Positions 13,301 through 20,179 of a stretch of 64,000 bases of DNA are shown here, piece after piece (positions within the stretch are counted from its first letter, which is position 1; every line of letters begins with the position of its first letter). The notes beneath the pieces were generated by a model that was not told where the DNA came from, did not search any database, and was given only the letters and a program-made list of their open reading frames with translations. Origin of the DNA: Candidatus Omnitrophota bacterium (GTDB taxonomy: Bacteria > Omnitrophota > Gorgyraeia > Tantalellales > Tantalellaceae); the NCBI GenBank assembly GCA_049642065.1, contig JBAROK010000026.1, positions 1,868 through 65,867 on the forward strand, written 5' to 3'. Both the position numbers and the translations under genes were made by a program.

Positions 13301-14776
13301 GTGGACATTACCAGTACGTCCAAGGGCAAGGCCGCGATCCAGATGATTAAGCTTTTGAAGCTTACGAAAGTAGTACTAATAGGTGATTCCGTTGGTACTG
13401 AAGAGAAGCCCGGCAATGATAGGAGCTTACTTGTTTTGACTAAAAAAGATATCCGGGCCGCCGGGATAGACTGGGAAGTTGAGCTCATACCTGTTTATGT
13501 AGGACGAGAGGAGAATTATACTCTTCCGGAGAACGTTATTATCTCTCCTCAGGGCGAAAGAGAAATCGATCCTGCACTCAACCTGTACAACGCTGTTATA
13601 AGGGCACAGGACGAGGTAGCGCTACGCGAACTAGCAAAAGAAAAGACCATGAGAGTATGGGGATCGCTTGATAAGAAGAGATTGACCAAATGGTTACAGG
13701 AATGGAAGAAGATATATAAGATCCAAGGTAAGATAGATATAAAACGCCTTTTCAAGGACAGGGTCGGCAGGACACTGTCTTTCAGTATCGGTGAGCACAA
13801 TTGTACGGTTACGTTCGATGTAACAAAAAGCATGAATACCGGCAAAGTGCGGCTGACGATAATGGGCATGCATCTTGACGGAAAACTCAGGGAAAAGCGG
13901 CTTATGTCCATGTTGACCCTGTATCTTATTCAGCCTTATAAGTGCGATGAAGTTTATCACGACAGGATGAACGAGAAATTCGGAGAAAAATTCTTCAAAG
14001 GCTTGAAAAAGCTTGGTATTTACAGCGATATTACATATTCTGAAAAACAGAAAGGTAAATACAGGAACGGGCTGGGGATAATAGATAAAAAGCGCGTCAA
14101 AGAAATCACACATAACACAGAAGCTCTTAAGAAGTTTATCTCAAAAGACGAGGATAGCCGAGGCAAGGAAGGTTTATCTAATGAGGTAAAGGGCAGTCAG
14201 GAGGCAGCTGGCAGATTCGTTGACGAGATAATTATAAGAGCTTTTGAAGCGCAAAAAGAAGGGCAGGATATTATTATTGGTGTAGATACCAGCTGGATAC
14301 CTGATATGCAGGGAGTGCAGCTAGTGTTAAATGAACTATCCCGCATTTCAAGACGTAAAGGGTTTAAGAATATCCATTTTATAAGAGGCAGGGGAGCCGA
14401 ACTGGCGGAGCTTATTTCAAAAAGAGTAGAGAAGACAGGAACCGCACTTTCAAACGTTATAGTGCTTGCTGAAGAACATGTTTTGCAGGCGGATCAGTTT
14501 AATGGTCTGAGAAGTACTGAAGATGAAGAAAAAGCTTTTCTGGTGGGGGTTGATCCAAAGCATCTTACCGACAAAAGTTATACTAGAATACTTGAGATGC
14601 TGACCTTGGCGGTTAAGCTCGCTTTCAGCGAGCAGGAAAAAGCTGAAATTTTTGGAGTATCGGCTACCCGTATTGGTCCAAGAACGTGGATATTTATTCC
14701 CGAGGCGTGTCCGATGGACTTTGAGGAAAGAAAAGCTATTTATAAAGCCCAGATGCAGGCGCTAATCGCAGCCTAA
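4289..14776 (+). CDS. giant multidomain membrane-anchored protein (3,495 aa); motifs are detailed in the sub-features
   Basis: Single uninterrupted frame of 10,488 nt, with a promoter upstream and a hairpin terminator downstream. Multiple independent catalytic motifs occur in the same frame. All ORF-track antisense ORFs across this span are short. Confidence 0.85.
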   Translation: MGNLFIKHKTWVRIVAIGVVCLFLLNDFAFAVEDVALRKNAYTLSPVSRIRPIITIEDNDGELTIVEDEQERSRLIEGFQEDAGFIYLNTLIAQVLQKFGSRISAEGLKELISKHLSHVDFTNFKWQEIYKEGDVFCLPYARKDDGRTQILKFYLPKDKEVQFPHEVALKFDDGSTAILEDPMAELPEHLKKIRETAASIAGQGILSGMELAERGIKGSASADVKDLSKDGRLSCNMILVEKSERDREALDRTLYDKYQGSFQVVAERREDVEDRILRWPQKELERILGERASHNFIVIIDPAKLHPVSREDVKRVPQGAYRSYIEMRFSYGIRPEAFKAVLIPKELVPIIGNVFPPHVKIIEVNGTRQKELEVLRQEPMMVGERRIGEESRTRMVNMELPDYETALSDYLRGMSRGDKLLTHIVRLTAPSDVEPEKSENEKKHIQGDSSGDDGNPSAKGSGGPVTLMSVALPALATAFLNTGEAIDPLIPVLFGIVALVAIPIALYHAYRFCIGIMTVALGVRERIATEFVLGGGLIAAGIHLGFGQVVPSFTEYIASPLLCSAGACLITFGAYELVKGLIIKWSKKQEDTPNLGSVNSYDLASHELLREHLRYAGQLQAWGQEVEGTDFSQYYHDRLTEAGITLPDDLNLIVIKHNHGPQGSLEQKFLYFEPMAEKWIFSHSGTRKGTGKFVYLTEESLYLLTHNVSRHPDCKKFLEELLMEEYEHATLKLEGRWAQDSHKLGDSHLKEYVEKNFKLRQLRLAEPVATAIADNWTISGSIIELFIDFHLKEKVPLDIEARFHREATEATDLGGIARIMASSAKSPDHARERVLEDVQVMVRYNLAQARKTIDFMDEMAAKVSPEIREGQEFKNLVAFFVENLSDAELYKEIIDDEHIQYDEINIGYLARDTIRFLKSLKQFEHTDIVFKNDTPETTILGEPYLIRWEFIGAVLREVDNLPRGSGKIEIGYRQDSSRIGIEFIAENPAERARWIESVKDKCADLNGAFYRELRKEYRRDAGSCFDASYVLSRVLAEHLGLPIDGDSPDRIEIEVGEYPSTRLLKPSIHAWVIVYRKGERTLLIDPTRGQYDKGQYNKIFVGEYAKAMEELELIGPDELRGKDDYRDINDILFSHTSKEPLDLMSSRVLENMELVSILRNRLDLSIGNASLGLTERFDFLVGANKEKIIKETAFTVAEIKRSTGKNTRMGVRVGYKDESTGTQFDLVLDIAYYGDVEKVEIVIKVSTSDISKVFLLPEPNTVDMVFLGGGKASLKPAAKEAHPVRRGGEKNIRTDEEANEIIPGIFKALGIESEKLEWREEDGLVVADMPVEMLKEQEVKLAFDLPEKAPVAGELLIACHGSSPMFLCLRGKKQLVKIINLMPYYEDLPEETALRIMGRLDAKFPIMEFVGHSPYSYAVFNEWGGLIEITSGYPNTKKYRIPIHVTRIPILPGVYGGSHSSSEISARATVEYAKPGMKVLVVGTGKGLEARIAALRGATVDAVDIRELAVANTKITCYQAGVSDKVNAFCNDLFNGLGKYDLIIFNMPHASDEPLVHDLVTSKDRNTSDFGGALLDRVADEIAKHMALGGKAVLINSESFITEKKLKERTGFSVRSDFFDVAGGSKAYIIERPDSDREKSAGILRLPSPRGHVPDIQGNIERAKRNMCQPLEQDNSTIVSEKDIDWTAINAYMRQKKLKVYPKKDRPVVHVVDIQGENGKDLFGFPLVPGHEEFEGIVPVISYRSLKDDRLHVFMTAGLYDDYLEVSHMRATRSAKTLRIVRLAEILDHEIFEHSEEALAEPEEERHHLAALRAGHFIPRGQKISAFHKWVLDNMALTENGREHIMLMLDEERPEPERSSQRKYERNFYNYAKSVLPREKYSGKVQRAAHHLLRVYGHGDVHAFEELCVKVGVDPKALSKAIEQEEKKHVLNAVEGFKPDIVITETSETNVEIDNTKAIVRKLLKNQYADFVWNALMKAKHGPECMTVLLEVLAKHGKDVFCSEKMEPVIEYAFRELKRYDKEKYERVSDKAGTVLEVVSDYMDQLAILASYLLAQERLGGLIADFTIIDGQIYQEKVTPLTVYLQQLISGTGPFEDLKDKSYENKVRIGWDVLEKYIECIQEIAKRGAVICNVKLTNFGIRENGEVVLFDLGRSSLGWHDRGEINQEFALTLLGTKIAMDARRLENLNAEGVFEETGIRHDFGDDEQAQKLQTELARIWTELISARPIAEGDEEAVKILDGREFVERVKTILPKTPEEAEPEYRRITFIPNEIAGEEILQVIMKEIDDSKTETTSSLPQGSIHGVFTYLCENNVINPETSLPGDLIANGLDRQFGTIKYDLRALFYHLHLIEKADVKETGKSARYYVPERVKKKAARILPVLTRFVGEDRVPKVTLLDKVYEEEIAPILQALPQTRCRPKPIEGKAPIILILGWPGSGKTTLGRSLSQELGVPHISIGTLIAQERERNPDFDPALLNSNDYVYGELLENALGECDLTGGVIIDNSPRTPDAINALKEILEAKGLKLGAIIELTISRRTAGSRMVKRSREEGRNWDRSRKVRRKKMDMYRKMAMPQLDQWRKKGLVCSLDAEVEPWILEARALGRLNEKGVVSLHPQSDEQTHKPLTPIKEEGSIELAGKKFRLATIAISDTYKSLEVFDEETGKRVGFFYAMVGDETSPHCADVCGIRGIHLKPQYRGLGLSAKMMEIFFQKFREVNLLLDEIMNPMLIHMAKEHFGFLPVNPVPENRVYINLKQGRSSKPKIWIPEDFLRRSYSMGPPETMRKEFEVLQEEPDNLDDFEKVYFRTAYKRVYHPGLRLEGVDAVITDFDGVDRDHSMDVVSEETIAAKRGLSRRGVHNITITGLEQGKLFRRFGGAKRAGKISTRDDYIALSCSGAVANQVTKDGQIKPLAGFKGVSLGDRKTKQDIARIARKALLIACREAGIPQEAADNVEESIREEQVSLIARGDERISAIRYRVAEIIRKELKKQGFPKNIEVSASFVAVDITSTSKGKAAIQMIKLLKLTKVVLIGDSVGTEEKPGNDRSLLVLTKKDIRAAGIDWEVELIPVYVGREENYTLPENVIISPQGEREIDPALNLYNAVIRAQDEVALRELAKEKTMRVWGSLDKKRLTKWLQEWKKIYKIQGKIDIKRLFKDRVGRTLSFSIGEHNCTVTFDVTKSMNTGKVRLTIMGMHLDGKLREKRLMSMLTLYLIQPYKCDEVYHDRMNEKFGEKFFKGLKKLGIYSDITYSEKQKGKYRNGLGIIDKKRVKEITHNTEALKKFISKDEDSRGKEGLSNEVKGSQEAAGRFVDEIIIRAFEAQKEGQDIIIGVDTSWIPDMQGVQLVLNELSRISRRKGFKNIHFIRGRGAELAELISKRVEKTGTALSNVIVLAEEHVLQADQFNGLRSTEDEEKAFLVGVDPKHLTDKSYTRILEMLTLAVKLAFSEQEKAEIFGVSATRIGPRTWIFIPEACPMDFEERKAIYKAQMQALIAA
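5675..6050 (+). other. internal block of 4-5 predicted transmembrane helices (aa ~463-587) in the giant protein
   Basis: Consecutive hydrophobic stretches: LMSVALPALATAFL, LIPVLFGIVALVAIPIALY, FVLGGGLIAAGIHLGFG, IASPLLCSAGACLITFGAY. Confidence 0.6.
7300..7600 (+). other. transglutaminase-like cysteine-protease core (Cys1024-His1069-Asp1085) in the giant protein
   Basis: GSCFDASYVLSRVLAEHLGLP (Cys codon 7358-7360), SIHAWVIVY (His codon 7493-7495) and LLIDPTRG (Asp codon 7541-7543). This matches the C...HAW...DPT pattern of the transglutaminase-like superfamily. Confidence 0.6.
8700..9120 (+). other. class I SAM-dependent methyltransferase-like domain with an N-M-P-H motif IV (amino-group MTase type) in the giant protein
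   Basis: Motif I VLVVGTGKG at 8723-8749; acidic beta-2 end AVDI; motif IV DLIIFNMPH with NMPH at 8924-8935, where N6-adenine and protein Gln/Lys methyltransferases have (D/N)PP(Y/F). Confidence 0.55.
10660..10760 (+). other. protein-kinase-like catalytic-loop/DFG-like signature (possibly degenerate) in the giant protein
   Basis: VICNVKLTNFG aligns to HRDLKPxN with Asn in the Asp position. It is followed 10 aa later by VVLFDLGRS (DLG 10739-10747). Confidence 0.35.
11560..11960 (+). other. adenylate-kinase-like (NMP kinase) P-loop domain in the giant protein
   Basis: Walker A ILILGWPGSGKTT (11588-11614); GVIIDNSPRTPDAINAL resembles the adenylate kinase GFLLDGFPRT segment; ISRRTAGSRMVKR resembles the LID arginines. 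Confidence 0.6.
12200..12520 (+). other. GNAT-type N-acetyltransferase-like domain in the giant protein
   Basis: VGFFYAMVGDE...VCGIRGIHLKPQYRGLGLSAKMMEIF matches GNAT motif A (R/Q-x-x-G-x-G/A). Confidence 0.5.
12746..13470 (+). other. HAD-superfamily phosphatase-like domain (Cof/SPP type) in the giant protein
   Basis: Motif I VITDFDGVD (Asp 12770, Asp 12776), a conserved Lys region SKGKAAIQ, and motif IV VVLIGDSVGTEEKPGND (Asp 13385, Asp 13418). Confidence 0.5.
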
Positions 14777-14805
14777 TTTCGATCCAGAACATGCAACAAT
14801 TGACA

Positions 14806-14840
14806 AAAAGCCCGGGTAATTTAATAACCGGGCTTTTTAT
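14806..14840. terminator. bidirectional rho-independent terminator for the giant ORF (+) and tRNA-Met (-)
   Basis: Stem agcccgg / ccgggct with a 12-nt loop. A T-run follows on the + strand and an A-run precedes it, which reads as a T-run for the - strand. Confidence 0.7.
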
Positions 14841-14845
14841 ATATT

Positions 14846-14920
14846 TGGTTGCGGGGGACGGAATCGAACCGCCGACCTTGAGGTTATGAGCCTCACGAGC
14901 TACCCCTGCTCCACCCCGCG
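14846..14920 (-). tRNA. tRNA-Met (anticodon CAT), initiator-like
   Basis: The reverse complement reads CGCGGGGTGGAGCAGGGGTAGCTCGTGAGGCTCATAACCTCAAGGTCGGCGGTTCGATTCCGTCCCCCGCAACCA. It has a cloverleaf, a CAT anticodon, three G-C pairs in the anticodon stem, an unpaired C1 as in fMet tRNAs, and an encoded CCA. Confidence 0.9.
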
Positions 14921-15050
14921 TCAATAACTATTTAGAGTGAGTGATTATAGCAAATAAAACTAACACAGGCAAGGAGTTTTTGACAAAAACACAAGAGCCT
15001 ATCGGTACAGCGGTTTAATACCTATATATTGTGTAGTTACCCCATAATAA

Positions 15051-15079
15051 TTGACAGTAAGTATTATATATGTTATAAA
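15051..15079 (+). promoter_or_regulatory. sigma70-like promoter (TTGACA, 17-nt spacer, TATAAA) upstream of purB
   Basis: Hexamers read directly, 55 nt upstream of the purB ATG. Confidence 0.45.
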
Positions 15080-15133
15080 AAATATCTCTGATTCAAGTAA
15101 TCACTAATTTTCCCTAAAATCAGGAGAGAAAAT

Positions 15134-16426
15134 ATGATAGAAAGATACTCACGCCCGGAAATGGCCAGAATATGGACGGATGAAAATAAGTTTCGCAAAA
15201 TGCTCGAGGTAGAGATACTTGCCTGTGAAGCTTTCGCGAAATTAGGTGAAATTCCCAAAGATGCGGTCAAAGTCATCAGGAAAAAAGCCGATATTGACGT
15301 TCAGCGGATAAAAGAGATAGAAGAAGTTACCAATCACGACGTGGTCGCGTTCATAAAGAACGTATCTGAGAACGTGGGTGAGGAAGCTAAATATTTTCAC
15401 TACGGGCTCACTTCCAGCGATATACTTGATACGGCTCTTTCGGTGATGATGGTGGAAGCTATAGATATTATCGAAAAAAGCCTTGCTGAATTCGTCGAAG
15501 TGCTCAAAAAGAAAGCTCTCGAGTATAAGAAGACACCGATGATGGGTCGTTCCCACGGTGTGCACGCAGAACCGATATCATTCGGGTTGAAACTGGCGGT
15601 TTATTACAAAGAGATGCAGAGGAACCTTGAACGGGTTCGGGATGCAAGAGAGACCATCGCTGTAGGTCAAATGTCCGGTTCTGTAGGAACTTTCGCGAAT
15701 GTTGACCCTTATGTGGAAGAGTATGTCTGTAAGAAACTGGGGCTTAAACCCGCGGGTGTTTCCAGTCAGATCATCCAGCGTGATCGTCACGCATATTACC
15801 TGAACGTACTAGCTATTGTAGGAGCGTCATTGGAAAAGATAGCTCTTGAAATAAGGGGTCTTCAGAAAACAGAAATAGGCGAGGTACAAGAATACTTTGC
15901 TAAGGGCCAAACCGGTTCATCAAGCATGCCCCATAAAAAGAACCCTATCATATGCGAACGTATAGTCGGTATGGCAAGGCTTTTGAGGGGGAATGCGACA
16001 GCGGCACTTGAGAATGTGGCTCTCTGGCATGAGCGCGATATCTCACATTCTTCGGTGGAACGTGTGATAATACCGGATTCCACGATACTCTTGGATTATA
16101 TGCTCGCAAAAGCCAAACCTCTCATTGAGAAACTGGTAGTTAACGAGGAAAAGATGCTGGAGAATATTGGTGCTACCAAAGGGCTGGTCCATTCTCAGCA
16201 CATCATGCTCGAGCTTATCAAACGAGGTGCTACTCGCATGAAAGCTTACGAGATAGTCCAGAAAGCGGCCCTTGAAGCTTACAACAGCGGGAAGGATTTC
16301 CAAAGCCTCATGCTTGAGGATGCTAGGATGAACGAGTACATGTCGCGGGAAGAAATAGAAAACTGTTTCGACTTAGAGTATCATCTTCGTCAGATCGATA
16401 AAATTTTCAAGAACATAGGTCTGTAA
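15134..16426 (+). CDS. purB: adenylosuccinate lyase
   Basis: N-terminus MIERYSRPEMARIW; 430 aa; fumarase/ASL family SSxMPxKxNP signature GSSSMPHKKNP. Confidence 0.95.
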   Translation: MIERYSRPEMARIWTDENKFRKMLEVEILACEAFAKLGEIPKDAVKVIRKKADIDVQRIKEIEEVTNHDVVAFIKNVSENVGEEAKYFHYGLTSSDILDTALSVMMVEAIDIIEKSLAEFVEVLKKKALEYKKTPMMGRSHGVHAEPISFGLKLAVYYKEMQRNLERVRDARETIAVGQMSGSVGTFANVDPYVEEYVCKKLGLKPAGVSSQIIQRDRHAYYLNVLAIVGASLEKIALEIRGLQKTEIGEVQEYFAKGQTGSSSMPHKKNPIICERIVGMARLLRGNATAALENVALWHERDISHSSVERVIIPDSTILLDYMLAKAKPLIEKLVVNEEKMLENIGATKGLVHSQHIMLELIKRGATRMKAYEIVQKAALEAYNSGKDFQSLMLEDARMNEYMSREEIENCFDLEYHLRQIDKIFKNIGL

Positions 16427-16430
16427 ACTT

Positions 16431-17435
16431 ATGGCAAAACGAAAAGTCACTTATAAGCAAGCTGGTGTTGACATTGACCGGGCCAACCGTCTTGTAGGCA
16501 CCATAAAAAACCTTGTCAAATCAACGAATGTTCCGGGATGTGTGGGTGCTATCGGTGGGTTTGGTGGGCTGTTTGACACCTCGAAGTCTGGAATAAAAGA
16601 TCCGCTGTTAGTATCCTCAACGGACGGGGTGGGCACGAAACTTAAAGTAGCCCAAGTCTCCGGCGTACATGACACTATCGGGATTGATCTAGTAGCTATG
16701 TGCGTGAACGATATAATTTGTCTTGGCGCAAAACCTCTATTCTTCCTTGACTATTTTTCTACAGGTAAGCTGGAAGACGAGCAGCTTACTGCGATTATAA
16801 AAGGCGTGGTCAAAGGATGTCGAGATGCCGGGTGTGCTCTTTTAGGAGGCGAGACGGCCGAGATGCCGGGAGTTTATCCAAAAGGCGAGTACGACCTTGC
16901 CGGGTTCTGTGTAGGGGCAGTTGACAGGAAAAAAGTAATAGATGGAAGGCGCATCAAAGCCGGTGACGTTATACTCGGGGTAGCTTCAAGCGGCCTACAT
17001 TCGAACGGATATTCACTTGCTAGAAAGGTTTTCACTAAAAGACAGCTTAAAAAGCATTACAAGATGCTTCTCAAACCCACAACCATTTACGTTAAACCCA
17101 TTCTAGAGGTCTGTAAAAAAACGAAGGTAAAAGGCATAGTCAATATTACGGGTGGCGGGTTTTACGATAATATACCGAGAGTGTTACCTGCTGGAGTAAA
17201 AGCAGTCATAGAAAAGGGAAGCTGGAAAGCTCCCAAGGTATACGATCTTATCAGGGAAATCGCCAATATAAGAGAAAAAGAGCTTTACAGGACTTTTAAT
17301 ATGGGAATAGGCATGACGCTGATGCTTTCCGAGGCGGAGGCGCAAAAAGCTATAAAGATCCTGAAAAAACATAAACTAAAAAGCTGGATCATAGGTGACG
17401 TCATTAAAGGCAAAGGGGACGTAGAAATAATTTAA
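16431..17435 (+). CDS. purM: phosphoribosylformylglycinamidine cyclo-ligase (AIR synthetase)
   Basis: MAKRKVTYKQAGVDID N-terminus; PurM-like GGFGGLF and DGVGTK motifs. Confidence 0.93.
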   Translation: MAKRKVTYKQAGVDIDRANRLVGTIKNLVKSTNVPGCVGAIGGFGGLFDTSKSGIKDPLLVSSTDGVGTKLKVAQVSGVHDTIGIDLVAMCVNDIICLGAKPLFFLDYFSTGKLEDEQLTAIIKGVVKGCRDAGCALLGGETAEMPGVYPKGEYDLAGFCVGAVDRKKVIDGRRIKAGDVILGVASSGLHSNGYSLARKVFTKRQLKKHYKMLLKPTTIYVKPILEVCKKTKVKGIVNITGGGFYDNIPRVLPAGVKAVIEKGSWKAPKVYDLIREIANIREKELYRTFNMGIGMTLMLSEAEAQKAIKILKKHKLKSWIIGDVIKGKGDVEII

Positions 17436-17454
17436 GTGGTGGAGGATAAATTCG

Positions 17455-18732
17455 ATGAATGTACTAGTTATCGGTTCAGGTGGAAGGGAGCATGCTCTTT
17501 GTTGGAAGTTGAAGCAAAGCCCGCTAGTGAACGACTTGTATTGTGCGCCTGGTAACGGAGGCACGGCACTGGATGCGGTTAACGTTGATGTTAACGTTTT
17601 CGAGCACCAAGAGGTTATAGAGTTCTGCAAGGAAAAGAACATAGACCTGGTCGTTGTAGGTCCGGAAGCGCCTTTGGCGGTAGGGATAACTGACGACTTG
17701 GAAAAAGAAGGTATAAATGTTTTCGGACCTTCTTATGCAGCCGCAAGAATGGAGTCCAGCAAGATATTCTCCAAGGAGCTTATGGGCCGGTATAACATAC
17801 CCACAGCTGCTTTTCGCATATTCGATGATTTTGATAAGGCCGAAGAGTATATAAGGTCAAAAGGCGCTCCGATAGTGGTCAAGGCATACGGTCTTGCTGC
17901 CGGCAAGGGTGTTGTAGTGACCGATAACGTCGAAGAGGCGGTTGCCGCAGCTAAAGATATGCTTGTTGAGAAAAAATTTGATGCAGCTGGCAGCAAGATC
18001 ATAGTAGAAGAATGCCTTTTTGGTGAAGAAGCTTCCATATTGGTTTTAACTGATGGAGAGAATATAATACCTCTTGCGACCAGTCAGGACCATAAGCGCG
18101 CTTATGACGGGGATAGTGGGCCCAATACCGGTGGCATGGGCGCGTATTCGCCGGCACCTGTTATAGACGATGCGCTTTTTGAAAAGATCATAGAGACGAT
18201 CATACGGCCTACCATAGAAGCTTTAGGCAAAGAAGACATCGTTTACAAAGGGGTGCTTTATGCCGGTCTTATGATGACCGAAGATGGTCCGAAAGTGCTC
18301 GAGTATAATGTCCGTTTTGGTGACCCGGAAACGCAGGTCATACTTCCGCGCATGAGATCAGATCTTGCAGATTTGTTAATGGCGACCGCAAAAGGCGAAC
18401 TTTCGGGGAAGACGGCTGAATGGGACCAGGACGAATGTGTTTGTGTGGTACTCGCTGCAGGTGGATATCCGGCAAGCTACGAAAAAGGGAAAAAGATAAC
18501 GGGGCTTGAGGAGGCGGCAGAAGAAGGTGCAGTGGTCTTTCATGCAGGCACCCGCGCGGAAGGCGATGATATAGTTACTTCGGGCGGCAGGGTGCTTAAC
18601 GTGACAGGCAAAGGCCATGGCATAAAAGAAGCAGTAGCCAACACGTATAAGGCCGCAGGAAAAATACATTTTGACGGTATGCATTACCGTAAAGATATCG
18701 GATATAAAGCTATCGCGCGCGTAAACGCATAA
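17455..18732 (+). CDS. purD: phosphoribosylamine--glycine ligase
   Basis: MNVLVIGSGGREHALCWKL N-terminus; ATP-grasp motifs; 425 aa. Confidence 0.95.
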   Translation: MNVLVIGSGGREHALCWKLKQSPLVNDLYCAPGNGGTALDAVNVDVNVFEHQEVIEFCKEKNIDLVVVGPEAPLAVGITDDLEKEGINVFGPSYAAARMESSKIFSKELMGRYNIPTAAFRIFDDFDKAEEYIRSKGAPIVVKAYGLAAGKGVVVTDNVEEAVAAAKDMLVEKKFDAAGSKIIVEECLFGEEASILVLTDGENIIPLATSQDHKRAYDGDSGPNTGGMGAYSPAPVIDDALFEKIIETIIRPTIEALGKEDIVYKGVLYAGLMMTEDGPKVLEYNVRFGDPETQVILPRMRSDLADLLMATAKGELSGKTAEWDQDECVCVVLAAGGYPASYEKGKKITGLEEAAEEGAVVFHAGTRAEGDDIVTSGGRVLNVTGKGHGIKEAVANTYKAAGKIHFDGMHYRKDIGYKAIARVNA

Positions 18733-18753
18733 CTTGTAAAAGAGAGGAAATAC

Positions 18754-19248
18754 ATGAAAAAGAAACCGTTGGTAAGCATAATAATGGGAAGCGATTCGGA
18801 TCTTCCCGTAATGAGCGAAGCGTCAGCAGTTCTTAAAAAGTTCGGTATAGCCCATGAAGTGAAGATACTTTCGGCGCATCGTTCACCTGACAAGACTTCC
18901 AGTTTTGCGAAGTCCGCAAGGAAAAGAGGCGTAAAAGTTATCATCGCAGGAGCCGGCGGAGCAGCTCATCTGGCGGGTGTTGTAGCAGCCCACACTACGC
19001 TTCCTGTTATCGGTGTTCCCATGGAGAGCAAGCTTGATGGTTTGGACTCACTTCTTTCTACGGTACAGATGCCTTCGGGTGTGCCCGTTGCTACTGTTTC
19101 GATCGGTAAAGCCGGAGCCGTCAACGCGGGGATACTTGCAGCAGAGATCATAGGCGTAAACAGCAGCGCCATAAACAAAAAAATACAACAGCACAAAAAG
19201 GAACTTGTGCGCAAGATAGACGCAAAGAACCGCAAAATAAAAGGATGA
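18754..19248 (+). CDS. purE: N5-carboxyaminoimidazole ribonucleotide mutase
   Basis: [12 protein letters not shown] and the SAHRSP motif typical of PurE. Confidence 0.93.
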   Translation: MKKKPLVSIIMGSDSDLPVMSEASAVLKKFGIAHEVKILSAHRSPDKTSSFAKSARKRGVKVIIAGAGGAAHLAGVVAAHTTLPVIGVPMESKLDGLDSLLSTVQMPSGVPVATVSIGKAGAVNAGILAAEIIGVNSSAINKKIQQHKKELVRKIDAKNRKIKG

Positions 19249-19709
19249 TGGAAGACGTGCAGAAAATACTTTTTGTGTGCACTGGCAACAGCTGTCGAAG
19301 TATAATGGCTGAAGCCTATATGAAAAAACGCGCACAGGAAGAAAGTTTATCCCTCGAAGTGAAATCCGCGGGGACGCTTGGTATTAACGACATGCCGCCT
19401 ACGCAACAGGCCCTTAAAGTTCTTGCTGATGAAGGTATCGATACAGAAGGATATCAATCGAAAGCTCTTTCGAAAGAGCTGATAGACTGGGCGGATCTTA
19501 TACTGGTCATGGAACCCTTACATAAGAGCAGGATACTGGAAGACGTGCCGGAAGCTGAAGGCAAAGTACGATATCTCGCGGAATTCAATCCCGAAAAGAA
19601 CGACGTTATGATCCCAGATCCCATAGGAAGACCCGTAGCGTTCTATAAGACATCTTTCGGGCTTATACGTTACTCGATAGAGGAGCTGATAAAATGGCTA
19701 AAAAAATAG
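19245..19709 (+). CDS. low-molecular-weight protein (Tyr/Arg) phosphatase, YwlE-like
   Basis: P-loop [16 protein letters not shown] (CX5R). It sits directly before rpiB and glyA, as in the Bacillus ywlE-ywlF(rpiB)-glyA arrangement. Confidence 0.8.
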   Translation: MMEDVQKILFVCTGNSCRSIMAEAYMKKRAQEESLSLEVKSAGTLGINDMPPTQQALKVLADEGIDTEGYQSKALSKELIDWADLILVMEPLHKSRILEDVPEAEGKVRYLAEFNPEKNDVMIPDPIGRPVAFYKTSFGLIRYSIEELIKWLKK

Positions 19710-20158
19710 TTATCGGCGCGGATCACGGCGGATTTGCGCTAAAGAAAAAAATAATAGAACAGCTTAAAAAAGCGCGTTACCATGTCGACGATGTGGGAGC
19801 GCATGCCGCTGAGGCCAGCGACTATCCGGGATATGGGTTCAGTGTTGCTAGCAAAGTTTCTCAGAAGAAAGCGTTCAGGGGTATAGTCATATGCAAGTCC
19901 GGGATAGGCATGTCCATAATAGCCAATAAGATGCCGGGAGTAAGAGCTGCTCTTTGCGGTTCCGTGCAGGACGCGGTATCGTCACGAAAACATAACGATG
20001 CGAACGTACTGGTTCTCTCAGCGACGAAGGCCGGCCCTAAAAAATCCGAAGAGATAATTAAAGCATGGCTAAAGACAAAAGCTCTTAAAGGCAGGCACGC
20101 AAGACGTGTTAACCAGATTAAAAAGCTCGAAAAGAAAGTGTTCAAAAAAATAAAATAG
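19694..20158 (+). CDS. rpiB: ribose-5-phosphate isomerase B
   Basis: RpiB/LacAB family; N-terminus [14 protein letters not shown] and the active-site region ICKSGIGMSIIANK. Confidence 0.88.
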   Translation: MAKKIVIGADHGGFALKKKIIEQLKKARYHVDDVGAHAAEASDYPGYGFSVASKVSQKKAFRGIVICKSGIGMSIIANKMPGVRAALCGSVQDAVSSRKHNDANVLVLSATKAGPKKSEEIIKAWLKTKALKGRHARRVNQIKKLEKKVFKKIK

Positions 20159-20179
20159 AAGCACGAAAGGAAACATGAA

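Noticed and set aside
4289-14776. Possibility that the giant ORF is an assembly or frameshift artefact merging several genes
   Set aside because: No in-frame stop occurs over 10,488 nt. There are no internal RBS-ATG pairs at the domain boundaries. The unit has a single strong promoter and a single terminator. Composition is uniform by eye. This cannot be fully excluded without read-level data.
14846-14920. tRNA-fMet as the marker of an integrated mobile element carrying the giant gene
   Set aside because: No integrase, transposase, phage genes or direct repeat of the tRNA 3' end are visible within the window. The adjacency alone is insufficient.
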